DNA of 64,000 nt, taken from the NCBI GenBank assembly GCA_023254355.1, contig JALRLR010000001.1, positions 2,100 through 66,099 of the forward strand. Reading direction: 5' to 3'. Origin of the DNA: Poseidonia sp. (GTDB taxonomy: Archaea; Thermoplasmatota; Poseidoniia; Poseidoniales; Poseidoniaceae). Numbering within the stretch: the stretch's first letter is position 1; every line of letters begins with the position of its first letter. Shown here piece by piece: positions 36,984 through 47,193 of the stretch. The notes beneath the pieces are model-generated. The model saw only the letters and a list, made by a program, of their open reading frames with translations. It was not told the origin of the DNA and ran no database searches. Position numbers and translations under genes: made by a program.

Positions 36984-39900
36984 ATGAAGCATTATCCTCG
37001 CATCCAACCCATGCGCTGGTCAATTCGTGCATGGGTGGTTGTTCTTGCAACCACCTTTGCCTCAACTTCCGCCCGTGCATCCACCGTCTCGGCCAGCACG
37101 GGGGTCACCGTTGATTTGGTCGCTCCATTGGGCATCGCTTTGGTCATCGCCGTCATGATTCGTCGTTGGTTCATCCCTCAACAACTCAAAAATTTGCAAG
37201 TTGCGTTTGAAATTGATGACGATTTGTACGAGGTGCACCGAATCACACGAACGCTCAGAGATTCACGACGTTTGCTCAAAGAAGGTCGAACCGGATTCGG
37301 TGTGTTGCTTTACATGATGGGTCTGACCGGGGTCCTCATCATCATCGCTGAGTTGTTGTTCAATGCCGATGTCTTTTCCAGCATCAACCTCTACATTGTT
37401 GGGGTGCTGATCGGTATCCCTGTTTTTATCTCGCCATGGGAATCGTTGAGCAGCCTTCTCTCGAGCAAAAAGCGTGAAACGAAGACGTCCATCGGAGCCG
37501 ATCTTCTCCGCCGCCTGACCACCTTGGCGTTGTTGTTGGTCGCTACCGGCCTTGTTTTGGCGTACGGGATGCAAGTTGAAGGCAGTTTAACACCAACTTG
37601 GATGGCGTTTGGTCTCTTAGCCTTCATGGCTCCTACCATTTTCGCCTATGGTCGAATCATGGGTGCTTCTTGGAACATGCTTCTCATCAGCAAGTGGCGC
37701 ACCACTCGTGGTCGGAAAAATCCGATTGACCCTGAAAAGAACGGCTTCATCGGCCGTTTGTTTTCCTTCGTCTTGGTCCTGTTCCTCTTGACGATGCCCG
37801 TCACGGCCCTCAACGGAATTTTGACCGTGTTGTACGTGATGCTCAATTCGCCTCCCAATTCCGAAGAAATTCTCAATTTTGGTGGCATCATTGGCTACAC
37901 CATCTACTTGAACATTGATTTGATCGCTGAAATCCTTTTTCAACTTGAATTCATCAAATCCTTGCCAGAAATTTTGTCGCTTTACCTCACCATGAACATC
38001 GCCATCGTTGGCCTTGCGTTTATCTTCGAATTGACACGCAACTTGATTCTCGGAGGTCAAACGTTCGGCGGCATGTTCGGCGTGACCCTTGACACGCCGC
38101 GGGAGATCCGAGCGGAAAAGTCTGCTCAGGCTCGCCAATTGACCTTTGCCTTTGCCGGATTTTCAGGATACACGGTTCTCCTTTTGATTCTGGTCTGTTA
38201 CAAGGAATTCGGAGATTTGATGCCGTTGACCGATTGGCTTGAGTTGCGTGGTTTTGATGAAGAGATGCGCCTCCTCACGACCTGGCTGTTTATTGCGGTC
38301 GGCCAAGCGGTCTTCTTGATCGCTTGGCTGCTCTCCATCAGTCGCTTTGGTACCCTTCGTAAGCTACGCTTTGACCTCAATCCGGACGAGCGAAGGGAGG
38401 GTGCCGTGAAACTCGCAGGTGGCGACCGCCTTCAGAACCTGGTAGAAACCGCGGCCTTCAACGAGGACATTGACCTGCTGATTCGGATTCAAACTCATGA
38501 TTTCCCTGGAGATCAAGCGCTGATCCGTCAGGAACAATCGCGCGCCTCCATGTGGGAGAAAGCCCTGAGAGGATTGTGGCCGGAGGCCATTGAAGAGAGC
38601 CGGAAATTGTTGGCACAGACCGGTGGTGACAACGATGAGGCACGCATGATCATTGCAACAGGTTACATCGCCCTACGTCGTTTGGATGCAGCGCGTGAGG
38701 CCTTGCACGGCCTCCAGCAACCCGAAGGATATGACGAGCCCGAGATTTTGTCGTTCATTTGCGAGTGGATGGATCCCTGGCACGGATCCGTGACTGAAGA
38801 CGACCTCTGGGATTGGGAAAACAATTCGGTCATTGACCATCTCCAAATGCTGCAAAACATGATGCGTTATTGGAGTCCACAGCCAAAGGACATGATGGTT
38901 CACAACGATCGCATTTCTCAAATTGGTCAGTTGACGATGGTAGCGCTTCTTCGAGCCCAACGACTTTACGACGAAGCCCTTGAACTCTCGCTGTCACTCG
39001 TCCGGGGCGATCCAACGGGTGTTCGGCCTCGAATTGCGACCGCCCTCTGCTTGCTAGATACTGGACAATGGTTTGATGCCAAAACCGTGGTCGATGAGCT
39101 CATCAAGAGCGATGGCAAGGACCCGAGAGTGATGGCGCTCGGTGTCATCTTTGGATACGGAAAGAAAGGAAACGAGCACATGGAAGTGTCCTTGCTCGTT
39201 GACGACGCCAAAACAACCCGTCACTGGATGGACGCCGCTCCGGTCAACGCCTATGCTGCGCTGCTCCAGAAAGGGGGTCTTGACGAGGCCCTCAACGCCA
39301 ACGTGATGGTGGCCGCCCATGAGGCCACACGCAGAGCGATGCCACCGCGTTTTTCTCCAAGTGTGCTCGCCAATGTCTTCCAATATCTGGTGTTAATTCC
39401 ACTTTGGGTGGTCATCGGCATCCTGACGTACCAAGAAATTGGTCCCGCTGAAGGCCTTTCTGCCTTGGGCGGTTTGCTGTTCATGCATTTTTCCTATGTG
39501 CGGTTCTCCAGGCAGCAGGAGCATCAAATCAAGCACCGCGATCAACGAGGTTTGATCAAGTATGCAAAGCGGATGCGCCGCTTCAAAGCCACGCCGCACA
39601 TGGACAACATCCCCATTGGAAATCATCTTCTGATGAGCGGGATTTTGGTCTCCGTGAATGGGGTTGTTCTGGACGTCGGGTTCCCTGCATGGTTATTCGA
39701 ACGCTTGCCGAAGGAACCGGAAAAGAAGGTGCGTGGCCGATTGAAGAGGCGGGCGGCCAACCTCGAGAAAGGGCGGACTCCGCGGGTCAGCCCCCTCGGC
39801 AAAGCCTGGTGGCTCAAGCGTCCGAAGGAGCACAACGAAGTTGGCCCTGTGCTGGAGCGTGAAATCGGCCCCGTTGCGTATCGTGGGAGGACGAACTACG

Positions 39901-40010
39901 TTCGCAAGAAGGAACCTCAATCTCTGAACGCTGCGGCTGAAGGGAAGGATGAAATCGTTCAGAACCGGTTCATCCCAAGAAACACCATTCGAAGCGAACG
40001 CCTTGGTTGA
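36984..40010 (+). CDS. Large hypothetical membrane protein with TPR-like helical region
   Basis: About 10 TM segments, then TPR-like repeats (ARMIIATGYIALRRLDAAREAL; PRIATALCLLDTGQWFDAKTVVDEL), 2 more TMs and a basic C-terminus; alternative start 37011. Confidence 0.8.
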   Translation: MKHYPRIQPMRWSIRAWVVVLATTFASTSARASTVSASTGVTVDLVAPLGIALVIAVMIRRWFIPQQLKNLQVAFEIDDDLYEVHRITRTLRDSRRLLKEGRTGFGVLLYMMGLTGVLIIIAELLFNADVFSSINLYIVGVLIGIPVFISPWESLSSLLSSKKRETKTSIGADLLRRLTTLALLLVATGLVLAYGMQVEGSLTPTWMAFGLLAFMAPTIFAYGRIMGASWNMLLISKWRTTRGRKNPIDPEKNGFIGRLFSFVLVLFLLTMPVTALNGILTVLYVMLNSPPNSEEILNFGGIIGYTIYLNIDLIAEILFQLEFIKSLPEILSLYLTMNIAIVGLAFIFELTRNLILGGQTFGGMFGVTLDTPREIRAEKSAQARQLTFAFAGFSGYTVLLLILVCYKEFGDLMPLTDWLELRGFDEEMRLLTTWLFIAVGQAVFLIAWLLSISRFGTLRKLRFDLNPDERREGAVKLAGGDRLQNLVETAAFNEDIDLLIRIQTHDFPGDQALIRQEQSRASMWEKALRGLWPEAIEESRKLLAQTGGDNDEARMIIATGYIALRRLDAAREALHGLQQPEGYDEPEILSFICEWMDPWHGSVTEDDLWDWENNSVIDHLQMLQNMMRYWSPQPKDMMVHNDRISQIGQLTMVALLRAQRLYDEALELSLSLVRGDPTGVRPRIATALCLLDTGQWFDAKTVVDELIKSDGKDPRVMALGVIFGYGKKGNEHMEVSLLVDDAKTTRHWMDAAPVNAYAALLQKGGLDEALNANVMVAAHEATRRAMPPRFSPSVLANVFQYLVLIPLWVVIGILTYQEIGPAEGLSALGGLLFMHFSYVRFSRQQEHQIKHRDQRGLIKYAKRMRRFKATPHMDNIPIGNHLLMSGILVSVNGVVLDVGFPAWLFERLPKEPEKKVRGRLKRRAANLEKGRTPRVSPLGKAWWLKRPKEHNEVGPVLEREIGPVAYRGRTNYVRKKEPQSLNAAAEGKDEIVQNRFIPRNTIRSERLG

Positions 40011-40065
40011 GCATCCACTTGCCCATGAGGTAGGGTTCAAAGACCGATTGATGCAGTTGTGGTTC

Positions 40066-41382
40066 ATGGACCAAGGACCCGGGGCGTGGACCCCAAGGGA
40101 AGAAAACAGGCAACTTGGATTGACCGTCCTTGAAGCGGTTCAATCAAGCGGACGTCTCTATCGAGACGGTCTTGGCATGATCGCTTCAGAGAACATCGTG
40201 TCGCCGTTGGTTCAGGACATCGTGGCCAGCGACTTGCACGGCCGATACGCCGAAGGCCTGCCTGGCAAACGCTATTACCAAGGATGCGATGATTTTGACA
40301 CCATTGAATCGCTGGGGATTTCGTTGGCAAAAGAAGTGTTTAACGCACCGTTTGCCAACATTCAATCAACGTCCGGTACGGTCTCCAACATCGGGGCACT
40401 CAAGGCATTGGCCAAACCCGGTGACCGCATTACGGCCGTCTCCACCGCCGATGGGGGTCACATCTCGCACGCACGCATGGGTGCCGTTGGCTTGCGAGAT
40501 TTGGACTTGACCACCTATCCGTGGGACGAAGCACGTATGGAGCCCGACATCGATGCAGCTTGCGCCATGATTCGTGAAGTGGAGCCGAAGGTGGCGTTGT
40601 TTGGTCAATCGGTGTTTTTGTTTCCCACGCCGCTCAAGGAGATGGCTGAGGCTGCGAAAGAAGTGGGGGCTGCCGTCATGTACGACGGTGCACATGTGTT
40701 GGGGCTGATCGCCGGTGGACAATTCCAAGACCCCCTCCGAGAAGGGGCCGATGTCATGACGGGCTCAAGTCACAAGACGTTCCCTGGTCCACAGGGGGGT
40801 TTTTTGCTGTCCTCATCTGGGGATGAAGCCTACCAGAAGCGCCTGAACACCGCGATGTTCCCCGGAGTATGTTCTTCATATCATTTGCACCACGTCGCTG
40901 GCAAGGTCATGGCCCTCGCCGAATTCAAGGAATATGGCGAAGCCTATGCTCGAGATACGGTGGCCAACGCTCAAGCCTTTGCTCAAGCCTTGGCCGCTGA
41001 AGGCTTCGATGTGCTTGCAGAGGGGCGAGGCTACACGGCCTCTCATCAAGTGTTGACGCGGCATGGAGCGTTGGACTCAGGAGCGGGGGCCAAGGCAGCC
41101 AAGCGTTTGGAACAGGCGGGTATCATCACCAACATGAACATGCTCCCCGGTGATACCAAAGCGATGCAACCATCGGGTCTTCGCTTGGGTGTACAGGAAC
41201 TCACCCGAGTGGGTTTTGATACTGACCTGATGAAAGACGTGGCGAACTTGTATGCAAGAGTGTTGCTTCATGAGGAGGACCCCGCTTCGGTAAAGGCCGA
41301 TGTTCGAGCGCTCAAAAACGAGCATCACGTCATCCGGTACTGTTTCAATGAAGAAGGTCGCTCCGGTTATCCAGTTGCATGA
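40066..41382 (+). CDS. glyA: Serine hydroxymethyltransferase
   Basis: MIASEN, RYAEGLPGKRYYQGC, GGHISH, YDGAHVLGLIAGG, GSSHKTFPGPQGG, SGLRLGVQELTR. Confidence 0.97.
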   Translation: MDQGPGAWTPREENRQLGLTVLEAVQSSGRLYRDGLGMIASENIVSPLVQDIVASDLHGRYAEGLPGKRYYQGCDDFDTIESLGISLAKEVFNAPFANIQSTSGTVSNIGALKALAKPGDRITAVSTADGGHISHARMGAVGLRDLDLTTYPWDEARMEPDIDAACAMIREVEPKVALFGQSVFLFPTPLKEMAEAAKEVGAAVMYDGAHVLGLIAGGQFQDPLREGADVMTGSSHKTFPGPQGGFLLSSSGDEAYQKRLNTAMFPGVCSSYHLHHVAGKVMALAEFKEYGEAYARDTVANAQAFAQALAAEGFDVLAEGRGYTASHQVLTRHGALDSGAGAKAAKRLEQAGIITNMNMLPGDTKAMQPSGLRLGVQELTRVGFDTDLMKDVANLYARVLLHEEDPASVKADVRALKNEHHVIRYCFNEEGRSGYPVA

Positions 41383-41394
41383 GTGTTGATCTTC

Positions 41395-42414
41395 ATGGAG
41401 GAGTTCGAGAGCCGCTTTTCGGGGTTCTCGTTTGACGGGGAGGGGGTCATTCTTGACCCCAACGGACAACGATTGTGTTTGTTTGGAATGCTGGACTTTG
41501 AACGGTTTTGGTCCGCTTTTGATGCCTTCTCGCCAGCCCCTCTCGGACGAAAATTGCTCTACGCCGTCGCTGATGCTGAAGAATTCATTCTGTTGAACGG
41601 CGGGTTTGACACAGGGTCTTGGTTGAAGCGACGAAAACTCAAACGATCGCTGGCTGAGCGCAACCTTGGGATGGGTTGGGGTTTGATGGGGGGAGGCGCC
41701 GTACGGTTCCCTGCTCACGATGTGGTTTCGGTTGGTGTGGCGTTGGCCCAACACGAGCATGTGTCCAAACAACGCTGGAAAGTCAATTGGGCACAACAAA
41801 ACAGTGATTTCATCGCCTTGGAGTTCATCCCTCAGGACCGGGTTATTCCACCGGCGAGAGCCGTGCGGCCGCCTAACTGGGGGACGGTGGACATCGGTCC
41901 CACAAGCTCAACTTCCGTGCCCTTTGATGCCGATGTTCGAGACAACGGCTTCTTTTTTGGACAACAGCGGAGTTTTTTCCTTCCTGTCTCCGTGTTCCAC
42001 CGACTGTATGTGGAGTTGAACGGGCGTCCACTTAATGTCGAGGCAAGCGACGGTGCATCGATTGAAGTGAACCTCGATGAAAACGCCCTTCTGTTCCGAT
42101 GCGTGGTTCTTGCGGCAAAACGGATGTTTGAACAAGGCGAATTTCCGGTATTCGTCCTTCAAGCAGACGATTGGATGGGCGTGTTAGGGCAACGAATTTC
42201 CAAGTTCGGGCTGGGTGCCGTTGAGGTTCTCTCCTCGAGACTGGACGGTGATTTTTCAACCTCGTTTCGAATACATTCTCCGTTGCCGGGCATCACCACT
42301 GGACTGGTGTTTGCGATGTGGGAACGTTGCTTCGGCCAGCGTGGACACACAACGGTCATGATCGGCGACCATTCGGTGGAGGTGACGGTCGCAAAACCTG
42401 CGCTAGAATATTGA
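41395..42414 (+). CDS. Hypothetical protein, possible tandem V4R-like domains
   Basis: Two halves each with a G(W/L)G-strand signature (GMGWGL; KFGLGAVEV) followed by an amphipathic helix (GITTGLVFAMWE). Confidence 0.6.
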   Translation: MEEFESRFSGFSFDGEGVILDPNGQRLCLFGMLDFERFWSAFDAFSPAPLGRKLLYAVADAEEFILLNGGFDTGSWLKRRKLKRSLAERNLGMGWGLMGGGAVRFPAHDVVSVGVALAQHEHVSKQRWKVNWAQQNSDFIALEFIPQDRVIPPARAVRPPNWGTVDIGPTSSTSVPFDADVRDNGFFFGQQRSFFLPVSVFHRLYVELNGRPLNVEASDGASIEVNLDENALLFRCVVLAAKRMFEQGEFPVFVLQADDWMGVLGQRISKFGLGAVEVLSSRLDGDFSTSFRIHSPLPGITTGLVFAMWERCFGQRGHTTVMIGDHSVEVTVAKPALEY

Positions 42415-42528
42415 CAAAAATCCTACCACTCCTCGCTTGTGTGTCATGAAAACCTGCCCATGGAAGGTCAAGGTTCATAACCGAATCAACGCCTCGTCGG
42501 GAATGCACAGATGTGCGGGGAATGGAAC

Positions 42529-45500
42529 ATGAGCCTAAATCACAATCAAATGGCGTATGTAGCAATTGTTTCGACCTTGATTTTCGGATCTCTTTTCGTG
42601 GGTGTTTCCGGCTTCTTTCAAACCAGCGAAAACATCGGTGGTTTTGATAGCGCTGTGGAAGAAGACATTCGTGGTCAATCCGAGTTGATGGAAACCGCCA
42701 CCGATTCCGATGGCGATGGCTTGTCGGACAAACTCGAGGAAACCCAGTACGGTACGGATCCTGATGACCCTGACACCGATAATGACGGTTTAAGCGATGG
42801 CTGGGAAGTTCAACACGGGCTGAATCCGCTCGATAACGGAGAATCTGAGGATATCGAAGTTGACCCAACCCAAAGCGAAGATACCGAAGCCGAGGGTCTT
42901 GAAAACGAAACCGAGTCGTGGCCCGATCCCAGCCAAGGTCCCAACGGGGACCCTGACCGAGATGGATTGACCAATCAGGCAGAAGCCGAACTCGGCACGG
43001 ACCCACAACGCGCTGATACCGATAATGACGGACTCAACGACCGCTGGGAATCCCTCTACACCATGGGCGTTCAAACTCCCGGTGGCGAGGTGATTCTGTT
43101 CAATCCCCTCGACGGAAACTGGGATTGCTTGCTCCTTGACCAAGCCATGGTGGACGCCCTTGAAGTTCGTTTTAACGGCGAGAACGGCATGGCGGATTGG
43201 GATGACCTGGCTTCAAACGGACGTCATTCCTGCGACATGGTGCTTGACACCGATGACGACGGCCTTGCAAACTTTGAGGAGGAAGCGTTCGGAACCAACC
43301 CCACGGCGCGAGACTCCGACAACGACTTGATTGACGATATCGTTGAGGTCGCCAACGAAACCATCGCCCTTTACATGGGCATGGGCGAACAATGCAATGA
43401 AAAGTTGCTTGACCCTGTCCCCCGTGTTGGGCCTTTCTTTGGCGTTGAACGTAGCTGGTTCATGATGGACATGGACAACGATGGATTGCTCAATGGACCA
43501 TCGGACTGGGATACTGACGGTGACGGGATGCCTGATGGCTTTGAGTACTGTTATTCGATACCCGGCATGGCACCGAACGCCGCCTACGTGCTGAACCCTT
43601 CAAACGCCTCGGACGGCTACGGTGACTGGGACGAAGACGGCATGAACAACCTCTAGGAGTACCAGGTTGCCCAAATTTTTGGCGAGGGTAACTTCACCTC
43701 ACCTTGGCTGGAAGACACCGATCGAGATGACATGCCCGATCAGTGGGAGGCCGCCAACGGACTCCATCCTCGCTCTGCCTTGAATCGAGACGATGACCCC
43801 GACTTTGATGGGTGGGATCTTGACGGAGACGGTGATGTGATGTACGATACCTTGGAGAACACGGCCGTCGTACACACCGTTGATGTCACGCTCGGACAAC
43901 AGGTTGAAACCAATCAGCAAGTGGCTTCGGCTCGTATCACGCTTGCCGGTGGAAACCAACAGGTCATTCCTCTGAGGTCTCCCGTCGATGGCTACGTGTA
44001 CGAACTGAACGTCGTGGTTGGTCAATCAATCGATTCTCGCTTGTTCAGTTGGATGAACATCGTTGAGGAAGAAGAGCGATTCACCAACGTGATGGAGTAC
44101 AAAGCCAACGACCGAGACCAAGACGGTATCTTGGACGGACGTAGCACGGATCCCCTCAACCCAGATACGGACAACGACGGACTGATCGACGGTATTGAAG
44201 TGATGGGTTGGGAAATCTTGGTTGTCAACCGAGGTGTTCAACCCACCTGGGTGACCTCCGACCCCGGACTCTACGATACGGACGCTGACGGTCTTTCGGA
44301 TTTTGAAGAGTTCTCCTCAACCTGCAACCTCGGTGGGTCAAACGCCTCCAATCCCGATACGGACTCTGATGGTTTGACTGACCTCGAGGAAGCCGGTGAT
44401 AATTTCATGTGGGAAGGTGAGGCTTACTCAACTTCTCCGTGTATGTTTGACACCGATAACGATGGGCTAGAAGACGGTGAAGAAGTCGTTGCGGGAGAAG
44501 ACAATTTCCTCACCCATGCCAACAACTCCGACACGGACGATGACGGTTTGGTCGACGGCCAAGAAGTTCTCTTTGTGCCACGTCCTTTCCAAAACCCCAC
44601 CAACCCCTTGTTGAACGACACGGATGCTGACGGCATGCTCGACGGATGGGAAATGCAGGTGAAATCAGCCGAAGACAACACAAATTCACACAGCCTTTGG
44701 GTGGCCACTTCAACTTGGCTTCGCCCCGGGTGTGAAGAAACCCAATCCAGTTCATGTACCATGCAACCCGGTGGTTATGTTTGGCAGAACTGGCTCGGTG
44801 GCTTTGCATTGGAGCCCAAGTTTGCCGTGAGTGAAATGAACCTCACCGGTTTCCAGATGCCGACCAATCCCCTTTGCGACGGTTGCAACGGGCGCTGGGC
44901 TTTGGACCCCTCCCTGGGTTCATTGAAGGACGATACCTACGATGTCGACAACGACACGCTCGCTAACGGGATGGAGGCACCTGACCGCTGGAACACCAAC
45001 CCTGTTGACGACGATACGGACGGCGATTTGCTCCCCGACGGCTGGGAGGTTTCGTACTCGCAACTGGCCTTTGAAAACGGCTTGGCAACCAACGAAACCG
45101 TTGGTGTTTACGGCGCACGTGGTGTGATGGACCCGTCCATGCCCGACAGTGATTTGGACGGCATTGACGATGGTTTTGAGGATCCCGACGCCGACGGTTT
45201 GAATCGAACCGGGCTCATCAAGCGTTACTGTCCCGGTTACAACGACACCACGAACTCCGAGTGCAACATCGACCCCGATTCCCCCGATGGGAAACGCTTC
45301 TACGACAATCTTGAGAACTACACCAACTACGAAGAGATGCAAAACGGTACCAATCCAATCTCGAACGACACGGACGGCGATGATTGGAACGACGGTCCAG
45401 AAGTGTACTATCAAGACCATGATGGCGACGGTATGGCCACCGGTTGGGAATATCACTTCCAGTTTGATCCGTATGACGGAGCTGACCGCATGGTCGACAC

Positions 45501-45609
45501 CGACGGTGATGGCCACGTCAACTTCTGTGAGTACAAGTGGGACACCAACCCAAGAAACCCCGTCTCTTACCCAGGTCAAGGTGAATTGTGCGATCCATTT
45601 AGCGACTGA
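42529..45609 (+). pseudogene. Membrane-anchored acidic DxDxDG (TSP3-like Ca-binding) repeat protein with a lipoyl/biotinyl-like insert, interrupted by one in-frame TAG at 43654-43656
   Basis: ORFs 42511..43656 and 43732..45609 share a frame; read-through gives DWDEDGMNNL*EYQV, matching the DG..N.EEY repeat consensus (GAG->TAG). Could be a true nonsense allele or a sequencing error. Confidence 0.65.
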
Positions 45610-45624
45610 GGTCCTTGATTTTCC

Positions 45625-47184
45625 ATGATATCACCTTCTCGCAATGGTCGGGTGTTCATCGCTCTGGCGTTGATGTGTTTTCTTGTGGGAACAGGCACCC
45701 CCGGAGCATCTGCTTCCCATGCGCCTTCTGAATCGTCACCGATGCAGGTATCGGTGGACCAACCATCCGGCGTGTTGTTCGCGAATAGCATCAATTTGAG
45801 TGGTTCGTCAACTCAACCCTTACGAAACACCAGTTGGACCATCGTGAACATCAGTGGGACAACACCCATCACGGTTCTCAGTGGACCGTACTTGACTTCG
45901 GTGGTTCCGTTAGCCGACGGTGTGTATCGTTGGACATTGATCGTTGATTTACAAGGTGTTGATTGCACCTGTTATGTGGAATTGTCAACCATCGATGAGC
46001 AGCATCGTCCCTTTTCGGTCCACCATGTGGTGTACCTCGGGGATCAACATCAACGACCGGTGCTGGGGGTTGACAACCCGCAATCGTACACCACCCCTCA
46101 TCTCAGCGGTGAACCCTTCATGTTACAACCCTCCACGACGGTGGAATTGCAGTTGATACAACCCGCTTTGGAAGCCACCAACATCTCCGTCTTTGGGGAA
46201 CTATGCGAAGCGCCGTTTGAGGTCTGTTTAGGCAATCCATTCTCGGTGAATATTCCCCATCGCCTGAACAATCAATCCTTGTTTCTGGATCTCAACGCCA
46301 ACCAATGGGCCATTGACGAGGGGATTTGGCGTCTTACGGTTCATGTCACCGATGATTTGCTTCGGTCATCTCACCGGATTTCGCTTCCGTTGGTTTATGA
46401 CATTACGCCGCCAGTGGCCAGCCTCAACGTCCCGATTTTGGCGCAGGAGGGTGAGGTTTTCCTCATTTTTGCAGACGTTGACGATGGCTATGAAGGCTCG
46501 ATTTCGACGTTGACATGGTTTGTGGTGGATGAAGAAGGTGGAACAAGGTCGCCCACAGCAATGGAGCGGTTGAGTGAACATCAACTCAGTCTGAACTTCA
46601 CTCGGGCGGGATCGTACATCCTCGAACTCACCGTTCGTGACCATGCTGGCAACACGGTGAAGGTTTCCGAACAAGTGTTGGTCGAGAATCTCAAACCCGT
46701 CGCTCGAATATCAGTGGACGGACTCACGGTGGCGCCTTCCACCACCTTAAAACTCGGACCCGGTGCCAACTGGTCAATAAGTGGAACCATGAGTCTCGAC
46801 AACGAACCCATTGAGTATCTCTGGGTCATTGACAACGCGACGTCCATCCGGGGAGTGCCTTCGTTGACCCAAACGAATTTTTCCGGCACAGGGCTTCATA
46901 CAGTTGAGTTGATTGTATTTGATGACGATGGTGCCACCGATTCTCAATTCATTGAGGTGATGATTCTTGAGCCCCTTCAAGACGAGGTGGCCGCCACTTC
47001 ACCCATCGCCATGACGGTGCTTGGCTTGCTTATTCTCTCCGTCCTCGTTGCTCTACCGTTCATCAAGCGCCAACGTGTTACTGAAAGTGATTTACCGAGG
47101 TGGCAACCCAACGCCAAGGCGGAAGTTGTGTTTACATCCTCCCCGATAGGCTTTGATGCAACGGTTGAAGAAGATGAACCCTGA
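45625..47184 (+). CDS. Secreted PKD/Ig-like domain protein with C-terminal TM anchor
   Basis: Signal peptide; PKD-like FTRAGSYILELTVRDHAGN and GLHTVELIVFDDDGATD; C-terminal TM helix. Confidence 0.82.
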   Translation: MISPSRNGRVFIALALMCFLVGTGTPGASASHAPSESSPMQVSVDQPSGVLFANSINLSGSSTQPLRNTSWTIVNISGTTPITVLSGPYLTSVVPLADGVYRWTLIVDLQGVDCTCYVELSTIDEQHRPFSVHHVVYLGDQHQRPVLGVDNPQSYTTPHLSGEPFMLQPSTTVELQLIQPALEATNISVFGELCEAPFEVCLGNPFSVNIPHRLNNQSLFLDLNANQWAIDEGIWRLTVHVTDDLLRSSHRISLPLVYDITPPVASLNVPILAQEGEVFLIFADVDDGYEGSISTLTWFVVDEEGGTRSPTAMERLSEHQLSLNFTRAGSYILELTVRDHAGNTVKVSEQVLVENLKPVARISVDGLTVAPSTTLKLGPGANWSISGTMSLDNEPIEYLWVIDNATSIRGVPSLTQTNFSGTGLHTVELIVFDDDGATDSQFIEVMILEPLQDEVAATSPIAMTVLGLLILSVLVALPFIKRQRVTESDLPRWQPNAKAEVVFTSSPIGFDATVEEDEP

Positions 47185-47193
47185 GGATGAATC

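Noticed and set aside
43654..43656. Pyrrolysine or genome-wide amber recoding as the explanation for the in-frame TAG
   Set aside because: TAG terminates several normal genes in the window, no pyl genes are seen, and the repeat consensus predicts Glu (one base from TAG).
42690..45560. Repetitive gacaccgat/gacggt-type DNA resembling an array
   Set aside because: Degenerate, in-frame coding repeats (DTDxDG); no fixed-length repeat-spacer structure, so not CRISPR. The same applies to 51300-52080.
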